Position numbers and translations under genes: made by a program
Part shown: positions 16,137 to 20,000 of the stretch, one piece after another
Layout of the letters: every line of letters starts with the position of its first letter
Position numbering within the stretch: the first letter of the stretch is position 1
From: an uncultured virus (IMG/VR IMGVR_UViG_3300046507_000471)
Lineage: Duplodnaviria > Heunggongvirae > Uroviricota > Caudoviricetes
IMG/VR virus record: IMGVR_UViG_3300046507_000471
Strand: one strand, 5' to 3'
Length of the DNA: 20,000 bases
Notes under the pieces: model-generated
The model's database searches: none
Seen by the model: only the letters and a program-made list of their open reading frames with translations
Told to the model about the DNA's origin: nothing

Positions 16137-17651
16137 ATGCTAACAAAACTAATCGATACGTCTTCTTTTTACCGTGACGAACCACAGGTAACTATTCTCG
16201 ATCCTAAGGATCTTACAGGCAGTCTTATCAAACAGGCTACGGATTCTCGCATCCAAGAATTCGCTTCCAAAATTACCCCAGTACAGGGTAAGACGTATCT
16301 TCACATTCTTGCTATGGGCGCAGGAGAGTATTACGGTGCCAATCGTAATGCCGACTACTTTCCAGAAAGCAACCTCATTGATTATCACAATACCTTTGAG
16401 ACGGCTCCTGCCCATATTTTCCGTAACCACGTAAACAAAAATCCAGAAATCGCCATAGGTCAAGTTGTGTACTCTGTCTATAACGATAGAATGCACCGTG
16501 TTGAACTTATCGCTGAACTATGGAATGACAAAGCCCCTGACATCGTTGATCGTATCGAGAGCGGGGACTGGCCTAAGACTTCAATGGCTTGCCGTACTCC
16601 ATTCGACGTATGCTCTATTTGCGGTAACAAGGCAAAGACTCGTGAACAGTATTGTGAACACTTGAGCGAACAGCTTGGTAAGGTATTCCCTGATGGTCGT
16701 AAGGTCATGGCTCTAAACCTGGCTCCATTACGATTTTTCGACATTTCTATTGTGTTTCGTCCAGCTGACGTAACTAGCGCCGTTCTACAAAAAATAGCAT
16801 CTGAAAGCGCAGTTGTTGGATCTGTTGATGAAGCACTCATGGCTGGTCTTAACGATCTGCCTCTTCAAAAGAGCGCTACTCTCAAAAAGCTTTCAGAATT
16901 AACGAAGGAGATTGACGGCGATGTTGTATCTATCGATCCTAGTCTTGATAATCTTGTATCACGAGTTAGTGATCCGCAAGGTGACGTCATTGACGTTCTC
17001 CGAAATTATAAGCTTAATGAAACTTTTAGTACCTTTGCTCATCTTGGTATTAGCCCTTCGATTGGTTTTCTTGCTGAACTAATTGGACGTAAACTAATGG
17101 GTGAAGAGGGACGTGGTATTGGCCCAATGGCTGCTGCGTACTTTGACCGTGCTGGTATTAGCTCACTCCCCGAATTCGACCGTGATTTTGGCGAAATAAC
17201 AGAACCAAATATCGGTATCGTTCACGCTATGCTTCCTCATATGCAGGATTCCTCGTATCTACCTCAGTATGTGGAAGAGCGTGTATCGTTGAACAAACAA
17301 GCTTCGACTTATGGATTTATGCAAGGAACTAATGTAGGTTATGTAGGCAATGGCCCACACATTGAACCTACTATGTATGAGAAGTTCCGTGAACAAAACC
17401 TGAAGTCAGAAGAAGAGAACAAGTCAGGTCTAATGAAGGTTCTTTCTGCCATTGCTGCCATCGGTGGCGCTGCCCTCGCAGCAAAGTGGTATATTACGCA
17501 AGTTATCGAACGTAAAATGAAAGAACAAGAATTGAACAAGACTTCAGATGGTGTTAAAATAGTTTTAGTTAAATCTGCTTCTGACTATAAGCTAACTTAC
17601 AAACTCGCAAAAACAGCGATGCTTAAGTTGGTTCAGAAGAAAAAGAATTGA
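16137..17651 (+). CDS. Prohead (maturation) protease, HK97/assemblin-like fold with Zn-finger insert and long C-terminal extension (504 aa)
   Basis: Ordered motifs NRNADYF, IFRNH (His), TSMAC (Ser) and FFDISIVFRPAD (cf. EISxVxxPA); Cys/His cluster CSIC..YCEHL; located just before the scaffold-like gene. Confidence 0.75.
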   Translation: MLTKLIDTSSFYRDEPQVTILDPKDLTGSLIKQATDSRIQEFASKITPVQGKTYLHILAMGAGEYYGANRNADYFPESNLIDYHNTFETAPAHIFRNHVNKNPEIAIGQVVYSVYNDRMHRVELIAELWNDKAPDIVDRIESGDWPKTSMACRTPFDVCSICGNKAKTREQYCEHLSEQLGKVFPDGRKVMALNLAPLRFFDISIVFRPADVTSAVLQKIASESAVVGSVDEALMAGLNDLPLQKSATLKKLSELTKEIDGDVVSIDPSLDNLVSRVSDPQGDVIDVLRNYKLNETFSTFAHLGISPSIGFLAELIGRKLMGEEGRGIGPMAAAYFDRAGISSLPEFDRDFGEITEPNIGIVHAMLPHMQDSSYLPQYVEERVSLNKQASTYGFMQGTNVGYVGNGPHIEPTMYEKFREQNLKSEEENKSGLMKVLSAIAAIGGAALAAKWYITQVIERKMKEQELNKTSDGVKIVLVKSASDYKLTYKLAKTAMLKLVQKKKN

Positions 17652-17707
17652 CCTAAGATTTTCAAAAGGCTACAATCCACGTAGCCTCGTTAAAAAGGAT
17701 ATTAGTC

Positions 17708-18568
17708 ATGATGAGTTTCACTCTAGACGGTCTTCTTAAAGATCTGGAAACTGAAGCTGGTCTACATAAAGTAGCTAGTGAAGATACAGAGAAAGAAGAA
17801 AAGAAAGATGAAGATAAGGCTGAAAAGGCTATCGACAAAGCTGACAAAGATGTAAAGGAAGCTAAGGAAGAAGTCAAGGACGCTAAAGAGAAGAACGATG
17901 CTGATGAACGTGTCAAAGAAGCTGCGGCTAAAGGCGCTGACTTAGCAAAAGAAGTAATGCAAAAAGTTGCATCCATTAAACTTGATCAAGTAAAACCAGA
18001 GGATACTATGAACAAACAAGCTGCTGACGCAGGCAAGGCACTAGCCGAAGCTCTTCTTGAGAAGCTGGCTTCAGTAGGTGACCAAAATACCATGAATGGT
18101 ATTGGCAATGCTGTACCCAACAAGACTCAAATTGATCTTGCAGCTCAAGTAGCTGAACAAGATGCTGTCATTCAGAACCAACCCGGCACAGACGGTAAGG
18201 GCAATGGCGGTACTATCAACCAAATTTTCGACGCAATCGTTGCTGACGCAATGGCTCGCGGCGCTGCTCCCGTTGATCAAAACCCTGCTCCTGGCGTTGC
18301 TAAAGACGAAGGCGCTATCAATGATCAAGCTCCTAACCAAGTTCAAACTGGTGGTTGGGTAACGGCTGGCCAAGAAAAGGCTGCTGCAGTTTCAGAACTC
18401 GTAGGCCAAGGCTTCGACTTCGAAGACGCAGTAAACATGGTCAAGGAAGCTGCTGCTGAGATCGAACGTGAAGAAGCTTCACAAATTAAGCAAGCTGCTC
18501 TTTCGCACTTCATCGGTGCTGGTTTCGATTTTGAAACGGCAGTAAACTTGGTAAAAAAGCTGGGCTAA
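17708..18568 (+). CDS. Probable scaffold/core protein, short form (286 aa)
   Basis: AAGGA SD; acidic, charged and Ala-rich; follows the protease; repeated KVAS/KQAA/KLAS; two C-terminal GFDFExAVNxV repeats. Confidence 0.7.
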   Translation: MMSFTLDGLLKDLETEAGLHKVASEDTEKEEKKDEDKAEKAIDKADKDVKEAKEEVKDAKEKNDADERVKEAAAKGADLAKEVMQKVASIKLDQVKPEDTMNKQAADAGKALAEALLEKLASVGDQNTMNGIGNAVPNKTQIDLAAQVAEQDAVIQNQPGTDGKGNGGTINQIFDAIVADAMARGAAPVDQNPAPGVAKDEGAINDQAPNQVQTGGWVTAGQEKAAAVSELVGQGFDFEDAVNMVKEAAAEIEREEASQIKQAALSHFIGAGFDFETAVNLVKKLG

Positions 18569-18625
18569 CGAAAGAAGCGGGTGTCTTGCAACTGGCAGGT
18601 AAAGTAGCAGGCACTTCGTTAGCTC
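18553..18625 (+). other. Programmed -1 ribosomal frameshift cassette (A_AAA_AAG plus 3' stem-loop)
   Basis: In-frame heptamer GT-A AAA AAG at 18553-18559. Stem GGGCTAACGAA (18562-18572) pairs with TTCGTTAGCTC (18615-18625). The -1 frame is open from 18535 to 18882. Confidence 0.85.
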
Positions 18626-18882
18626 CTAAGGTAACACGTATCCCAGGTACGGGTGGCGCAACAAAGAATATTCTTGGCGAAACCCGTTCACTTAATAAGA
18701 CCAGAGTTGCTGCAGGCGTAGCAGGTGCAGCAGCAGTTGGTGCTGGTATGGGCGTGTTGGCCGCAAAAGGTAAGAGCAAAGATCAAGAGAAACAAGCCGC
18801 TGTCGGACTTCTAGTCGAAGCTGGTGTTGACTTTGATAACGCTGTTGATCTAGTAGAAAAGAAAGCCGCTGAACTAGCGTAA
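18559..18882 (+). CDS. -1-frame C-terminal extension of the scaffold-like protein (long form about 391 aa); listed in the ORF track as 18586..18882
   Basis: Only a TTG start without a clear SD; carries a third copy of the repeat (EKQAAVGLLVEAGVDFDNAVDLV). Confidence 0.8.
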   Translation, partial: AGLTKEAGVLQLAGKVAGTSLAPKVTRIPGTGGATKNILGETRSLNKTRVAAGVAGAAAVGAGMGVLAAKGKSKDQEKQAAVGLLVEAGVDFDNAVDLVEKKAAELA

Positions 18883-18898
18883 ATTTTTTATAAAGAAC

Positions 18899-18933
18899 AA
18901 ACCCCTCTGTATCCTCGATGTAGAGGGGTTTTT
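18899..18933 (+). terminator. Intrinsic terminator after the scaffold-like gene
   Basis: AAACCCCTCT (18899-18908) / AGAGGGGTTT (18922-18931) stem followed by a T run. Confidence 0.9.
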
Positions 18934-18945
18934 GCATATTAGGCT

Positions 18946-19371
18946 ATGAATAAATATCTTGAAAAAATCGCTAGTCTGAATTTTGATGTAGATAGTCAAG
19001 GTCGAATCAAATCGGCTAGTATGACTGTCAAGCAAGATGTAAGCCTAGGGAAGGTAAAAGAGCCTGCGCCAATCACGGCTCCGGGTTCAAAACTGGTCAG
19101 AGGAGCGAAGTCTCTCTTTGCCAGAGCGTTGCATAAAGCTGCGCAAGATTTAACGCATAAACAAGAATTGATCAATACTGGTGTCATTGCAGGGCTAGGT
19201 ACAGCAACCGGCTTCGCTGCCCATAAAGCCATGAACTCGGCACCGAAAATGTTTGGTCAAGGAGCTAAGTTCCACAATGCTAAAATTATGGCATTGAGCG
19301 GGGCAGCTGGACTAGCGGCAGATTATGCCGGTGTTAAACTAAATAAACAGATTAACAAACATGTCCAATAA
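18946..19371 (+). CDS. Tagged Gly/Ala-rich basic protein (141 aa)
   Basis: MNKYLEKIAS start; IKSAS and HKAAQ motifs; two Gly-rich hydrophobic segments. Confidence 0.8.
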   Translation: MNKYLEKIASLNFDVDSQGRIKSASMTVKQDVSLGKVKEPAPITAPGSKLVRGAKSLFARALHKAAQDLTHKQELINTGVIAGLGTATGFAAHKAMNSAPKMFGQGAKFHNAKIMALSGAAGLAADYAGVKLNKQINKHVQ

Positions 19372-19852
19372 ATACCTAGAGAAAGTTGCTTCTCTATTTC
19401 CGAGTAAAGAGTATAAAAAGACTCTGTCCGGAAAAGAAAGGAGAGACTACGACGTAGAATACGCCACTGCTGGTGGTGCAAGTCTTAAAAATTTTGGAAA
19501 AAGCCTTCTAGGTATAGGTGTAGTAGGCTTAGGTGCTGGATTAGGACATCATGCGGGAGCAACGCTTGGTAGTAAAATCGGAGCAAAGATTGGTGCCAAG
19601 CAAGGTAAGAAGTTCGGTGCAGAGGCGTATAGAACTCTTATGGCAGGTGGTAAAACTCCGGAACGTGAGGCAAAAGGCTTTGCAGTGTATGCTCACGACA
19701 TGATTAAACAGAAAACCCAAAATACAGGTAGAGCTATGGGTGGAGTTGCTGGAGCTGCAGTAGGTATTATTCCAGGCGCAGCTTACGCTGATAACTTCAG
19801 ACACAACCACGCTAAAAGCGTAATCGAGAAAAGACGTAAACAAAATGACTAA
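19361..19852 (+). CDS. Tagged glycine-zipper protein (163 aa)
   Basis: MSNKYLEKVAS start; GIGVVGLGAGLGHHAGATLGSKIGAKIG and GGVAGAAVG segments. Confidence 0.8.
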   Translation: MSNKYLEKVASLFPSKEYKKTLSGKERRDYDVEYATAGGASLKNFGKSLLGIGVVGLGAGLGHHAGATLGSKIGAKIGAKQGKKFGAEAYRTLMAGGKTPEREAKGFAVYAHDMIKQKTQNTGRAMGGVAGAAVGIIPGAAYADNFRHNHAKSVIEKRRKQND

Positions 19853-20000
19853 ACTATCAACAATCCTTAAAGACCACGCTGAAACAGTTCGTCTGGCAAC
19901 TCCTGAAGCTGTCGCAATCGAACACCTTAAGCAAGCTGGTTTTAGCGATGCAGATGCTCGTTATCAAGTAGCTCAACATATCATGGAAAAAGAGGCTACT
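19845..20000 (+). CDS. Hypothetical probable head protein, 3'-truncated (MTKLSTILKDHAETVRLATPEAVAIEHLKQAGFSDADARYQVAQHIMEKEAT...)
   Basis: ATG overlaps the upstream stop (ATGACTAA); open to the window end; contains LKQAG and MEKEAT motifs. Confidence 0.75.
   Translation, partial: MTKLSTILKDHAETVRLATPEAVAIEHLKQAGFSDADARYQVAQHIMEKEAT

Noticed and set aside
18586..18882. Independent 98-aa gene starting at TTG 18586
   Set aside because: Weak start with no clear SD; better explained as the -1 frameshift extension.
13019..19393. NKYLEKIA copies as a DNA repeat or CRISPR-like array
   Set aside because: Spacing is irregular, all copies are in frame at gene starts, and variation is mostly synonymous, so the constraint is on the protein.
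7951..19843. Other short ORF-track entries nested in or antisense to the long genes (e.g. 7951..8211, 13511..13813, 16478..16840, 17662..17976, 19541..19843)
   Set aside because: Fully overlapped by well-supported genes and without recognisable motifs.
1..20000. Stop-codon reassignment, tRNA genes or CRISPR arrays
   Set aside because: Genes are full length and densely packed in the standard code, and the short intergenic gaps show no cloverleaf or repeat-spacer pattern by eye.

Overview
This window looks like part of a large (jumbo-type) tailed dsDNA phage genome, read in the standard genetic code. It encodes its own multisubunit RNA polymerase beta' as two separate genes (<1..1101 and 7658..9484), split at about the same place as cyanobacterial rpoC1/rpoC2. 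Between them is a mostly minus-strand block with two unusual fusions: LigD-type 3'-phosphoesterase + poxvirus/NCLDV D6/D11-like SNF2 ATPase, and HhH-glycosylase-like domain + ATP-dependent DNA ligase. The right half is a head-morphogenesis region: SLT-like muramidase, Zn-finger prohead protease, a scaffold-like gene with a clear -1 frameshift cassette, and many small Gly-rich proteins. The most striking signal is a shared peptide tag, NKYLEK[I/M/V]A. It starts six otherwise unrelated proteins (including the ligase fusion, an ADP-ribosyltransferase-like protein and an unannotated 56-aa basic peptide) and recurs once between the two domains of the SNF2 fusion. Shorter K-x-A(S/A) motifs are dense in the head proteins. 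My inference is a capsid-targeting/protease-maturation code that loads a DNA-repair, transcription and host-takeover kit into the virion. All product calls come from motifs recognised by eye; no database search was run.
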